This document shows, piece after piece, positions 15,549 to 24,000 of a DNA stretch of 24,000 nucleotides. Numbering within the stretch: position 1 is the first letter of the stretch; each line of letters opens with the position of its first letter. A program made the translations under genes and the position numbers. The stretch is from Candidatus Heimdallarchaeota archaeon. GTDB taxonomy: Archaea > Asgardarchaeota > Heimdallarchaeia > Heimdallarchaeales > Heimdallarchaeaceae. The stretch covers positions 1 through 24,000 of the forward strand of contig JAHLWR010000001.1 of NCBI GenBank assembly GCA_019057815.1, in the 5' to 3' direction. Below the pieces are notes generated by a model that made no database searches, was not told the origin of the DNA, and was given only the letters and a program-made list of their open reading frames with translations.

Positions 15549-16553
15549 ATGAAATACAGAAAAGTTGGAAAATCAGGATTGAAAGTTAGTGAACTCTCTA
15601 TTGGTTCATGGTTAACTTATGGAGGGTCGGTAGAGAATGAAACCGCAATAAAATGCTTAGAAACAGCTGTTGAAAACGGGATTAATTTTATAGATTCAGC
15701 CGAGATATATGTAAAAGGAGGTGCAGAAAAGGTAATTGCTGAATTCCTAGCCAATGAAACATTCGTCAGAAAAGATTTAGTTATTTCAAGTAAAGTTTTC
15801 TGGTCAATGAATAATGATGATATCAATAGATGGGGTTTAAGTCGAAAGAACATTACAAACGCAATAGAGGGCACTCTAGAACGACTCAATACGGATTATA
15901 TTGACATTTATTTTATGCATCGCTATGATTATATGACACCTTTGAAGGAGACTATTGAGAAACTCGATGATCTTATTCGAGATGGTGATGTTCATTACTG
16001 GGGAACTAGTGTTTGGACAGCTGCTCAACTCGAACGTGTCAATGCTATAGCAAGAGATTTGCGAGCTCACAAACCTATCGTAGAACAACCTATGTACAAC
16101 ATGTTTTTTAGACACATTGAATTAGAAATCATGTCAGTAGCAAAAAAGCATGGCATGGGATTCACAGTATGGAGCCCATTAGCTCAAGGATTGTTGTCTG
16201 GCAAATATAATGATGGTCAAATTCCAGAAGGAAGTCGAGGAGAGAGTTCACAATCGATTCAGAAAAACCTAACAAAAGAAAAAATTGCTAAACTTCAGAA
16301 ACTAGCTGAAATTGCATCATCACTCAGTATAAAAATGAGTCAACTAGCACTTGCGTGGATTCTAAGAAGAGACGAAATATCAACCGCTATCTTAGGTGCA
16401 TCAAAACCCGAATATATTACTGAAAACATTAAAGCTTCAGATATAGTCCTATCAAAGGATATTCTTAAACAGATAGAAGAAATATTAGACAATAAACCAG
16501 AATGGCCACTAACATATGAACCAAACATATACCATAAAGAAAAGATGCGATAA
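15549..16553 (+). CDS. Aldo/keto reductase, Kv-beta-subunit-like (AKR6-like) NADPH oxidoreductase.
   Basis: YRKVGKSGLKVSELSIGSWLTYGG closely parallels Kv-beta/AKR N-termini. GINFIDSAEIY, HRYD, GTSVW and LGASKPE are also present. Confidence 0.85.
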   Translation: MKYRKVGKSGLKVSELSIGSWLTYGGSVENETAIKCLETAVENGINFIDSAEIYVKGGAEKVIAEFLANETFVRKDLVISSKVFWSMNNDDINRWGLSRKNITNAIEGTLERLNTDYIDIYFMHRYDYMTPLKETIEKLDDLIRDGDVHYWGTSVWTAAQLERVNAIARDLRAHKPIVEQPMYNMFFRHIELEIMSVAKKHGMGFTVWSPLAQGLLSGKYNDGQIPEGSRGESSQSIQKNLTKEKIAKLQKLAEIASSLSIKMSQLALAWILRRDEISTAILGASKPEYITENIKASDIVLSKDILKQIEEILDNKPEWPLTYEPNIYHKEKMR

Positions 16554-16632
16554 TCTTCAGTTTACTTACCTTTCGATAGCAGATTATAACAATTTTGACA
16601 CACAAAAATATCTAAAAATAAAATAAAGAGAT

Positions 16633-16657
16633 TGCTTTTTAAAAAAAAGCAAAAAAA
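16633..16657. terminator. Hairpin and oligo-A/T tract between convergent genes.
   Basis: TGCTTTTT-AAA-AAAAAGCA (8-bp stem, 16633-16651) is followed by A7. On the minus strand this gives T-runs immediately after the acyl-CoA dehydrogenase stop. Confidence 0.4.
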
Positions 16658-17902
16658 CTAGAATTTATCTGTGTCTTCTTTTGCCCACTCTTCTGGATCA
16701 TAAGCAGGAGGCATACATCTCAAGGGTTTATCCTCATAATAACCTAGTTCATAACGTGCTTGGATAATTTTCTGAATTTCGTTACTTCCTTCATAAATGG
16801 TTGCTCCACGGACATTGCGGTAAATTCGAGCAACAGGATAATCATCACAGAAACCGTAAGCTCCGTGAATCTGAATAGCACGATCAGCGCACCGAACAGC
16901 AGCATTAGTTGCATACCATTTGGATAAAGCAGTTTCACGAGTGTTAATCTTACCTTGGTTTTTAACCCAACCACATTTCCAGACTAGGAGCTCTGATGCC
17001 TCTATATCAGCTACACTATTGGCAATCATCCCTTGAATGAACTGATGCTGTCCAATTTTCTTTCCAAAAGTTTCACGCTCATTTGCATATTTCACTGATG
17101 CCTCTAACGCTGCTTTAGCTCCTCCAACAGCACCAGCTCCTACTGTGTATCTTCCCCAATCTAATGCAGACATTGCAACTTTGAATCCTTCTTCAGGTAA
17201 ACCAAGAAGATTTTCTTTAGGTACTGGAGTATTATCTAGATGAATCCAACCAGTTTCACCAGCTTTTACACCCATTTTATGATCTATATTGTCAGTGGTG
17301 ATACCGCCAAAATCACGTTCAACAATAAATGCTCTCATTCCTTTATGGCGAACATTTTCTTCATAAGCGAATATTAAGAAGATATCAGAAGACACTGTAT
17401 ATGAAATCCACATCTTTTCACCATTTATAATCCATTCATCACCTTCTAATCGACATTTAGATATTAAGGCAGCTGGATCACTTCCTGCTGATGCCTCTGT
17501 TAAACCGTAAGTGCTCATTTTTTCCCCTGTAGCCAACATTGGAAGATATTTCTTCTTTTGCTCCATGTCACCCCATTGCCAGATTGTAGAGGTACATAAA
17601 CCATTATGGACACTTAAAATAACTCTGAAAGATGTATCAACCCTTTCCAACTCTTCACATGCTATTGCTAGTGCAATGTAATCCAATCCTCCTCCACCGT
17701 ATTTGACAGGGATGCTTAAACCCAATATTCCTTGTTCAGCCATTTTTTTGAGAATAGGTCTATGAAAAACGTGAGATTGGTCCCATTCTTTAACATAAGG
17801 AGCTATCTCAGTTTCTGCGAATTCTCTTACACTCTGTCTTACCATTTTGTGTGTTTCAGATAGTTCAAAGTGTGGTCCTATTTCACTTAACCCTTCATAC
17901 AT
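16658..17902 (-). CDS. Acyl-CoA dehydrogenase (short/medium-chain or glutaryl-CoA dehydrogenase-like flavoprotein).
   Basis: GLTEASAGSDP, W.ING.K.WIS, ERETFGKKIGQHQ and IYEGSNEIQ are canonical ACAD motifs. 414 aa with a C-terminal extension of about 30 aa. Confidence 0.9.
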   Translation of the reverse strand: MYEGLSEIGPHFELSETHKMVRQSVREFAETEIAPYVKEWDQSHVFHRPILKKMAEQGILGLSIPVKYGGGGLDYIALAIACEELERVDTSFRVILSVHNGLCTSTIWQWGDMEQKKKYLPMLATGEKMSTYGLTEASAGSDPAALISKCRLEGDEWIINGEKMWISYTVSSDIFLIFAYEENVRHKGMRAFIVERDFGGITTDNIDHKMGVKAGETGWIHLDNTPVPKENLLGLPEEGFKVAMSALDWGRYTVGAGAVGGAKAALEASVKYANERETFGKKIGQHQFIQGMIANSVADIEASELLVWKCGWVKNQGKINTRETALSKWYATNAAVRCADRAIQIHGAYGFCDDYPVARIYRNVRGATIYEGSNEIQKIIQARYELGYYEDKPLRCMPPAYDPEEWAKEDTDKF

Positions 17903-18097
17903 TATTTACATCACCAAAATTTCTAATCATAACTGATAAAGGGAGAGCGGTTTTTAAAAGTAGTGCAAACTCGCTTCAAAAATGAATTGTAGGAGTTTAT
18001 TCTAGAAGAATCCTATAGATAAGTTGAGTATCTCTTTTCGATTTCATTTTTTTGGTAGTTTTATTCTAATTGTTCAATAATTAGCTAAAATACCTCT

Positions 18098-18517
18098 TCA
18101 TGCTTTTTTAACAAGCTCAATAAAGAAGTCCTCTGATAAAATACTAGATTCTGAAGATACTAAACTCCATTTCCCAGATTTTATAATCTTTATTGCACCC
18201 ACTTCAACTAATTCATTAATATGATGAGAGACTGTGGACTGTGAGAGACCTAGTATATGTTCAATCTCACAAGCACAACGAATCCCTTTCATAATTAACC
18301 ATAAAATAAGAAGTCTATTCTTGTTACCAAGGGCTTTGAAAAGCTTCAAATAACTGTTTAGCTTGCTATCTTTTTTTTTCTTTTCTAGCATTCGTTCAAG
18401 TTTTTCTAATAGTAATAACCGTTCATCTACTTTGATATCTATAATATCTTGATCCCTCAGAATGGTTAATTTTTCTTTCAATGCTTCTATGGATTTAGAT
18501 TGTGAAGTATTTGTCAT
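18098..18517 (-). CDS. ArsR/SmtB-family winged-helix metalloregulator with an N-terminal coiled-coil extension.
   Basis: LFKALGNKNRLLILWLI..GIRCACEIEHILGLSQSTVSHHINELVEVG is the ArsR HTH, with a CxC at the position of the ArsR ELCVCDL metal site. It is preceded by about 55 aa rich in Leu/Glu/Lys. Confidence 0.8.
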   Translation of the reverse strand: MTNTSQSKSIEALKEKLTILRDQDIIDIKVDERLLLLEKLERMLEKKKKDSKLNSYLKLFKALGNKNRLLILWLIMKGIRCACEIEHILGLSQSTVSHHINELVEVGAIKIIKSGKWSLVSSESSILSEDFFIELVKKA

Positions 18518-18598
18518 TTCTCATTTTAACATGAATATCTTATGAAATAAAGGTTTTTCTTTTCACTCTAATCAAACAGCTAAAACAAAAAGTTTTTT

Positions 18599-18618
18599 AT
18601 ATCGAATATTTTCGATAT
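18599..18618. promoter_or_regulatory. Candidate ArsR operator: a perfect 8-4-8 inverted repeat overlapping the permease core promoter.
   Basis: ATATCGAA-TATT-TTCGATAT. It begins inside the TATA-like TTTTTTATAT (18593-18602) and ends 16 nt before ATG 18634. Confidence 0.55.
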
Positions 18619-18633
18619 GATATAAACAGAGGA

Positions 18634-20031
18634 ATGATAATGGTTTCTGTATTCTGGGCAAAAGTATTAGAGATGCTTCTCGGAGGAGTCTATTCTCTTG
18701 CAGATTATTTGTCGTTACACGTTCTATTATGTTTGATACCGGCGTTCTTTATAGCAGGAGCTATGATAGTTTTCGTTCCTAAAGACACAATTGTAAAATA
18801 TATGGGGAAGGATTCAAAAAGGATAATTTCGTATCCAGTCGCGGCCATTTCAGGTCTACTCTTAGCAGTCTGTTCATGTACAGTTTTACCGCTCTTTGCA
18901 GGAATTAAGAAAAAAGGAGCGGGTTTAGGACCCGCTATAACATTTCTATTTGCAGCTCCAGCAGTAAACATTTTAGCCTTAACATATACAGGAGCACTAA
19001 TTGGAATGGATATAGCAATAGCTAGAGCTATTCTTGCGCTAGTTTTTGCTATTCTTATTGGTCTCATAATGGAGCTAATCTTTAAGGAGAGGAAGAAAGA
19101 AAAGGAAGGGGAGATAATAGAACCAACAGGAACAGAAAATCTTGAAGGCTCTGAAAGTACAGAAATAAGAGAAGATGAAAGTTCAAAATCATTAATAATG
19201 TTAAAAGTAGTTCTAGTGTCGTTCTTATTACTTATAGGTGTTCTTATTGCTTTCCTAAATAAAAGTAATCTAGAATCTATCAATGTGAGAAATCCACTAA
19301 TTATTCAAACTATATTGTGGGTAACGGGAGTAATATTACTTGTGATGATTTTTTTTGTTCTCAAGAATTCTAAAATCAACCTATTCTTGGGTCTTCTTTA
19401 TCTACTCTTTACAGGAACATCACAAATAAGTTATTTCTCGATAAGTAATTCTGAAACTGAACCAGAAATTATGCGTTCTTTTGAATATTTCAAATCTGAA
19501 GCATTCAGAGTTGATTTGGCTAACATGGTTATAAAGGCAGTTTTTTCTTTGATTATAGCAATAATTCTTGGAATCTATCTTTTTAAGAAATTTGAGAAAG
19601 AAGATAGAAAGAGTTGGATGCGTGAAACATGGATATTTGTAAAACAGATTTTACCTTTTCTTATAATAGGAGTGTTTTTAGCTGGATTTTTAGCTGTTTT
19701 AATCCCAAAGGAGTTTATTCAGAATCTTGTTGGAGAAAATACTGTCATAGCAAATTTAATTGGGGTTTCATTTGGAGTTGTAGCTTATTTTCCAACATTA
19801 ATGGAAGTACCAATTGCTAAAATGTTTTTAGAATTGGGAATGTCAAGGGGAGTATTATTAGCTTATTTGCTTGCAGATCCTGAACTTTCTATACAAAGCA
19901 TTCTGGTAACAAGGAAATTCATAGGAGATAAGAAAAATATAACATATGTTCTGCTTGTAATTATTTTTACAGTTATAGCAGGATTATTGTTCGGGTTATT
20001 TATATCAGGAGAATCAATCAAATTCATATAA
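18634..20031 (+). CDS. ArsP/YraQ-type (PF03773-like) two-repeat permease.
   Basis: LLLAVCSCTVLPLFAG carries the family CSC..P motif. The second-half motif is ILPFLIIGVFLAGFLAVLIP and there are many TM helices. It is flanked by arsR and a thioredoxin-like gene, a neighbourhood I recall as typical for this family. Confidence 0.75.
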   Translation: MIMVSVFWAKVLEMLLGGVYSLADYLSLHVLLCLIPAFFIAGAMIVFVPKDTIVKYMGKDSKRIISYPVAAISGLLLAVCSCTVLPLFAGIKKKGAGLGPAITFLFAAPAVNILALTYTGALIGMDIAIARAILALVFAILIGLIMELIFKERKKEKEGEIIEPTGTENLEGSESTEIREDESSKSLIMLKVVLVSFLLLIGVLIAFLNKSNLESINVRNPLIIQTILWVTGVILLVMIFFVLKNSKINLFLGLLYLLFTGTSQISYFSISNSETEPEIMRSFEYFKSEAFRVDLANMVIKAVFSLIIAIILGIYLFKKFEKEDRKSWMRETWIFVKQILPFLIIGVFLAGFLAVLIPKEFIQNLVGENTVIANLIGVSFGVVAYFPTLMEVPIAKMFLELGMSRGVLLAYLLADPELSIQSILVTRKFIGDKKNITYVLLVIIFTVIAGLLFGLFISGESIKFI

Positions 20032-20045
20032 AAAAGGTAGACAAC

Positions 20046-20294
20046 ATGAATACAGAGAAAAAAATAATTCAGATAATAGGCAAAGGATGCAAAAAATGCG
20101 TGAAATTGTATGAAAATGCAGTGGAAGCGGTTAGATCTCTTGGAAAAGATGAAGAATATGAAATAGTCAAATTTGAAGAAGTAGAAAAATTTGCAGACTT
20201 AGATGTTTTTATGACACCAGCTCTCAGAGTAAATGGAAAAGTAGTGAGTGAAGGAAGAGTGTTAGGAACCAATAAAATTCGAGAATACTTGTAA
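20046..20294 (+). CDS. Thioredoxin-fold small redox-active disulfide protein (redox_disulf_2 / Thioredoxin_3-like).
   Basis: 82 aa. IGKGCKKCVKL provides the CxxC, and TPALRVNGKVV..G is typical of the family. Confidence 0.75.
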   Translation: MNTEKKIIQIIGKGCKKCVKLYENAVEAVRSLGKDEEYEIVKFEEVEKFADLDVFMTPALRVNGKVVSEGRVLGTNKIREYL

Positions 20295-20383
20295 TCTTTT
20301 CGTATTATATAAGAAAACTAGGTAAATGTTGACACTTTGCAAACTATTATATCTTTTAATAGTTAATTAATGGTACGGATTTA

Positions 20384-21097
20384 TTGAGAACAGTCTACTC
20401 TAAACTCGATTCGCTTAGGAAATGGTGGGCAAATTTGGAAGGCGAGATAAAACAATATGCAACAGGCGCAATACTCCCTCTTGGAGATGGAGCAACAGGT
20501 AAAACAGTTTTAACTCGGCTATTGCTTAATCCATACATGGAGTCAATTGAACATGGTGACATCTTGTTCAATGCTAGTAAATCATATAATATAGAGATTG
20601 AGTTTAGTAGCGATGTAGTTAATGTGGACGGAGAAGAAATAACAACATCTCTACAATTTTATGTTTTTCCGGGTCAACGACAAAAAGCTTCAACTAACAC
20701 AACATCGTTTGATGAAATTGTTGAGATTTTTGATTGTTTTCCTGCTATGGAAAAAATAAATGTGCTACTCTTTTTGCATGATGCATCTCGTTTTCACACG
20801 CTTACTTCACTTGAAATGTGGCTAAGATTTTCTATCGTGAAAGACTGGATTTGGGAGAATACATTAATCATATTAGTAACAAATAAAATAGATCTAATTC
20901 AGCCCAAAGAAGAGGATATTAAGAAAGTGTGTTCAAGCATGTATAAACTCATAAAAGAGCATGAGTTTCCAATTGAAGAAAATCAAGTCCGGGCAATCAA
21001 CACTTCTTGTGTTTCTCTGGAAGGAGTAAAAGAATTGAGAGAGGAAATTATGAGTTGGGTTGCAAGAAAGGGTATGAAATTGAAGGGAATTCGCTAG
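20384..21097 (+). CDS. Divergent Ras/Rab-like small GTPase.
   Basis: G1 is GDGATGKT, G3 is VFPGQ (Gln retained, Asp replaced by Val), G4 is TNKID and G5-like is TSCVS. The start is TTG, with no in-frame ATG upstream of the P-loop. Confidence 0.65.
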   Translation: MRTVYSKLDSLRKWWANLEGEIKQYATGAILPLGDGATGKTVLTRLLLNPYMESIEHGDILFNASKSYNIEIEFSSDVVNVDGEEITTSLQFYVFPGQRQKASTNTTSFDEIVEIFDCFPAMEKINVLLFLHDASRFHTLTSLEMWLRFSIVKDWIWENTLIILVTNKIDLIQPKEEDIKKVCSSMYKLIKEHEFPIEENQVRAINTSCVSLEGVKELREEIMSWVARKGMKLKGIR

Positions 21098-21351
21098 CAG
21101 CTCTAGTTTTTCTTCTAAAAAGATAAGTTTATACTTTTCTGTCTATTTTTCTCAATTCACGCTGTTCTCAAGAGTTTTTCACATTTAACATATCTTATAA
21201 TAAGGTATCTTCCAGTATAATACCGTTTCATTTGCATATAGTCTCACATGTTCAACAAGCGGGTTATAATAAGGTGGAAGATTCAATAAGGGTAGGGTTA
21301 TTACAATATAATGCAAACGATTTTTAGTGATGGTTTAATTCATAATTTAAT

Positions 21352-22626
21352 ATGGAAGAATCTTTCGCAAAGCTATGTTTCTATTGTTCAGAATATGCTA
21401 AGATAACCTCAGATTATCCAATTAACTCTGCTGTTCATGATATTGAAGAGTTCACTCCTCGTTGCAGTTTACATTGGAGCTATAAATGCGAACATTGTGA
21501 AAAAGAAATACACTTCAATGGTATTTCTTGGTGTCATAGCTGCAAAGAATTTACTTGTTTAAATTGTGCTGATGAGATCATGATTCGAGAAAATTTTCTT
21601 ATTTATGATTATTATTATTCAATCCCATGTAAGAGGTGTGGTAAAGAGAATTCTGCTTTAGATTACGCAGAATATGGAGGTACTCATCCTTATCAGATAG
21701 GTGACTTAGAACCAGTAGGAAATGTAGTAGTTTGGTTACCGATATACAAAGATGAAGCAGTGTCTTACACATTTCCTCATCCTGCATGGGGTTCAGAAAG
21801 GGTAGAAAATATGGGGATTAGATTCGAAATTACTAGACTTGATTCTCTAGATGAGGAAACACCTAAATCCGTTTGGGATGGAAATGCTCCCGAGTGGGCT
21901 GGAAAATGGCCAGAAGGAGGAGATTTTAGTCATAAGTATTTCATTATTCCTGAAGTTTTGCGTTTACTTGACGCAAAGAAGGGAGAAAAAATCCTTGACG
22001 TTGCTTGCGGAGAAGGAACCGTTACACGACATCTAGCTAAAAAAGGAGCTCAATTAACAGGTATAGATTTTTCAAATATGATAGATTACGGTATGGAGAG
22101 AGAGAATACAGAGAAATTAGGGATTAAATATGTCAAAGGTGATGCTCTTAAGTTAACAGAAGTTTTCGAGAAAGATTCCTTTGACAAAATAGTATGTAAT
22201 ATGGCTGTGATGGACATATCTAATCATAACAAGTTATTTCAACAAATCTCTTATCTTTTGAAAGAAGAGGGCAGTTTTATTTTTAGTTTAACACATCCAT
22301 GTTTTGCTGTTCCAACATGTACATCTATTAGAGTGCCTAGTGATAGTCAAAGAAACGAGGATAGAATCCGTATAGTCAAAAATTACTTTGAGCGTAGACC
22401 AACGTTAGTTAAATGGCCACCACTCCCAAAAAATATGCTGTATTTTCCCAGAACAATTGGTGAGTACATTAATGGATTATCTAAAGTAGGGTTATATGCT
22501 GTTGAAGTGAGTGAACCTCAAGCTACTGAAGAGTTAGTGAGGAAATTCCCAAGAAATACATACAAAGATATGGATACGGTTTCATATTTTTTGATTATAA
22601 AAACAAGGAAAATATCACGAGAGTAG
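21352..22626 (+). CDS. Fusion of an N-terminal multi-zinc-finger module (5 CxxC pairs) to a C-terminal class I SAM-dependent methyltransferase.
   Basis: Cys at residues 9, 12, 38, 46, 49, 61, 64, 69, 72, 93 and 96. MTase motif I is [15 protein letters not shown], followed by TGIDFS (post-I), GDAL and [10 protein letters not shown]. Confidence 0.8.
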   Translation: MEESFAKLCFYCSEYAKITSDYPINSAVHDIEEFTPRCSLHWSYKCEHCEKEIHFNGISWCHSCKEFTCLNCADEIMIRENFLIYDYYYSIPCKRCGKENSALDYAEYGGTHPYQIGDLEPVGNVVVWLPIYKDEAVSYTFPHPAWGSERVENMGIRFEITRLDSLDEETPKSVWDGNAPEWAGKWPEGGDFSHKYFIIPEVLRLLDAKKGEKILDVACGEGTVTRHLAKKGAQLTGIDFSNMIDYGMERENTEKLGIKYVKGDALKLTEVFEKDSFDKIVCNMAVMDISNHNKLFQQISYLLKEEGSFIFSLTHPCFAVPTCTSIRVPSDSQRNEDRIRIVKNYFERRPTLVKWPPLPKNMLYFPRTIGEYINGLSKVGLYAVEVSEPQATEELVRKFPRNTYKDMDTVSYFLIIKTRKISRE

Positions 22627-23412
22627 TTTTAGCTTTAATCCTACAGGGCAATGATCACTCCCATAGATATCTGATAAGATATATGCATCAGAGACTTGTT
22701 CTATTAAATCATCAGAAACAAAGAAATAATCAAGACGCCAGCCAACATTTCTCTCTCTTGCTCGTGTCCTCATTGACCACCAAGTATAGTTTTTCGGTTT
22801 TTTGTTGAAATATCTGAATGTATCCACATAACCATTGGAAAAGAATTTGTCCATCCAATCACGTTCTATAGGAAGAAAACCAGATATTTTTTCATTTGCT
22901 TTAGGATGTGCCAAATCGATTTCCTTATGTGCAGTATTAACATCTCCACAAACAATAATGGATTTACCCTTTTCCTTTAAGTTGTTAATATAATCCAAGA
23001 AATGATCATAGAAGGTCATTTTATATTTCAAACGTTCATTACTTGCTTTTCCATTTGGAAAATAGACATTAAATAAAACAAAATCTGGATATTCAGTTTC
23101 AACAATTCTTCCTTCAGAATCAAGTTTATTGTAATTCAAAGAAAAGTTAACTTTAGTTGGTTTCGATTTGGAATATGTTACAACTCCGCTATAACCTTTT
23201 TTTTCTGCAGAGTTCCAATAACTCTTATACCCTTGAGGGCTTATCAACTTTGGTTCAAGTTGTTCAGGATGAGCTTTTGTTTCTTGTAAACACAATATAT
23301 CGGGTTTTGTTTTATGTAACCATTCTGTAAATTTCAACCCTTGATAGATTTCTTTTTTAGATACAGCACGGATACCATTAACATTCCACGATAAAAGTGT
23401 GATTTCACGCAT
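22615..23412 (-). CDS. xth: Exodeoxyribonuclease III (Xth/ExoA/APE1-like AP endonuclease).
   Basis: [34 protein letters not shown] and the C-terminal GSDHCPV. 265 aa. It overlaps the convergent methyltransferase gene by 12 nt. Confidence 0.9.
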   Translation of the reverse strand: MREITLLSWNVNGIRAVSKKEIYQGLKFTEWLHKTKPDILCLQETKAHPEQLEPKLISPQGYKSYWNSAEKKGYSGVVTYSKSKPTKVNFSLNYNKLDSEGRIVETEYPDFVLFNVYFPNGKASNERLKYKMTFYDHFLDYINNLKEKGKSIIVCGDVNTAHKEIDLAHPKANEKISGFLPIERDWMDKFFSNGYVDTFRYFNKKPKNYTWWSMRTRARERNVGWRLDYFFVSDDLIEQVSDAYILSDIYGSDHCPVGLKLKLLS

Positions 23413-23524
23413 AGTATTGAATAAGAAGACTATCTAAAAATACTTTGTTAATAAAAATTTAAAAAATACTTTCTATTTTCACTCTTTTGTATTTATTAGA
23501 TTCGTTTTATCCTTCAATAATATC

Positions 23525-24000
23525 CTAGGTTTTAGAAATTAAGTGTTTTTTCTTTTTGAAAAAGGGATCATAATCGCCCCAAACTAAAATTAGAGATGAC
23601 ACGAAAATTATTGCGGCTCCAATTGGTCCTAACATTCTTAAAGACAATGAATCGCTTAGTAAACCTGCAAAAAGGAACCCTAGGGCTTGAGCAATGTTTA
23701 CAGGAATACTTTTGAACCCAGTATACAGTCCAGCTCTATTTTGACCGCTTTTCCTTTCATCATCATCTGCTAAATCTGCAATTATTGCATAAGGAAATAG
23801 CGTCCCTGCTGATAAACCAATTCCTAGACCCAAACCAAAAATATAGCCTTGAATTTCTGCAGGTATCCAAGGTATTTTACCTACTACTGTAGTAAGCAGA
23901 AGACACGGCATTAACCACAAAAAGGATATTAATAGCGTCCACTTTTTTCCAATCTTCTTAGCCAATTTAGACCAGAAGTAAAAACTAGCAACTAGACTAG
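23525..24000 (-). CDS. C-terminal part of an MFS/GPH-family (sugar:cation symporter-like) transporter. The 5' part lies outside the window.
   Basis: The reading frame stays open to the window edge (..SLVASFYFWSKLAKKIGKKW..), so the M at 23965 in the track (a TTG codon) is internal. The region contains 4 hydrophobic helices and the GPH-like segment IIADLADDDERKSGQNRAGLYTG. Confidence 0.65.
   Translation of the reverse strand, partial: SLVASFYFWSKLAKKIGKKWTLLISFLWLMPCLLLTTVVGKIPWIPAEIQGYIFGLGLGIGLSAGTLFPYAIIADLADDDERKSGQNRAGLYTGFKSIPVNIAQALGFLFAGLLSDSLSLRMLGPIGAAIIFVSSLILVWGDYDPFFKKKKHLISKT

Noticed and set aside
16661-16750. A C-terminal extension of about 30 aa on the acyl-CoA dehydrogenase (YYEDKPLRCMPPAYDPEEWAKEDTDKF).
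   Set aside because: Terminal extensions are common in ACAD subfamilies. There is no motif or repeat, so there is insufficient basis for a functional claim.
18705-19283. A 192-aa antisense ORF inside the permease gene, surprisingly long for an AT-rich genome.
   Set aside because: It has no recognisable motif, start context or promoter, and it lies opposite a well-supported membrane-protein frame. Only ribosome profiling or proteomics could rescue it.
1-24000. Search for tRNA/rRNA genes, CRISPR arrays, inteins, frameshifted pseudogenes and defence-system hallmarks (for example nuclease-ATPase pairs, toxin-antitoxin pairs).
   Set aside because: No cloverleaf-like G/C-rich segments or rRNA-like stretches were seen in the spacers. 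All large ORFs appear intact with normal lengths. No repeat-spacer periodicity was seen. Apart from tnpB, the window reads as core metabolic/housekeeping genome rather than a defence island.

Overview
This is a gene-dense, AT-rich prokaryotic chromosomal segment (about one-third G+C by eye, not computed). It holds about 25 protein-coding genes; I recognised no rRNA, tRNA or CRISPR array. Several signals point to an archaeon, plausibly Asgard/Loki-like, though this is inference and cannot be verified here. The signals are a Fap7/AK6-type kinase, a phosphohexomutase with the archaeal-type loop TGSHLPPEWNG, cofD/cofC, TATA-like boxes centred about 26 nt upstream of several start codons (implying leaderless mRNAs), oligo-T/palindromic terminators, a Ras-like small GTPase, and an archaeal-style TnpB C-terminal tail. 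Layout from left to right: (1) the 3' end of a Lys/Thr/Pro-rich protein encoded by perfect 27-bp tandem repeats; (2) a tightly coupled cofD / Dus(NifR3)-like flavin TIM-barrel / cofC / M24B peptidase operon; (3) an Era-like GTPase translationally coupled to a small uncharacterised protein; (4) Fap7-like kinase, PlsY-like acyltransferase, phosphohexomutase and a YkgJ-type Cys-cluster protein; (5) a membrane-anchored sulfotransferase followed by a divergent class-I FBPase-like gene, convergent with a GatZ/KbaZ-like class II aldolase-family gene; (6) a solo IS200/IS605-family tnpB with intact catalytic motifs and end hairpins (candidate omega-RNA); (7) a polytopic membrane protein fused to an EEP phosphoesterase domain; (8) an aldo-keto reductase and an acyl-CoA dehydrogenase; (9) an ArsR / ArsP-type permease / thioredoxin-like module with a perfect 8-4-8 palindromic operator; (10) a divergent Ras-like small GTPase; (11) a multi-zinc-finger/SAM-methyltransferase fusion whose Cys spacing fits the RING/PHD formula; (12) exonuclease III and a partial MFS/GPH transporter. 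The four candidates most worth follow-up are the Dus-like gene embedded in the F420-type operon, the zinc-finger methyltransferase, the TnpB/omega-RNA element and the membrane-EEP fusion. All functional calls rest on motif recognition from memory; no database search was possible.
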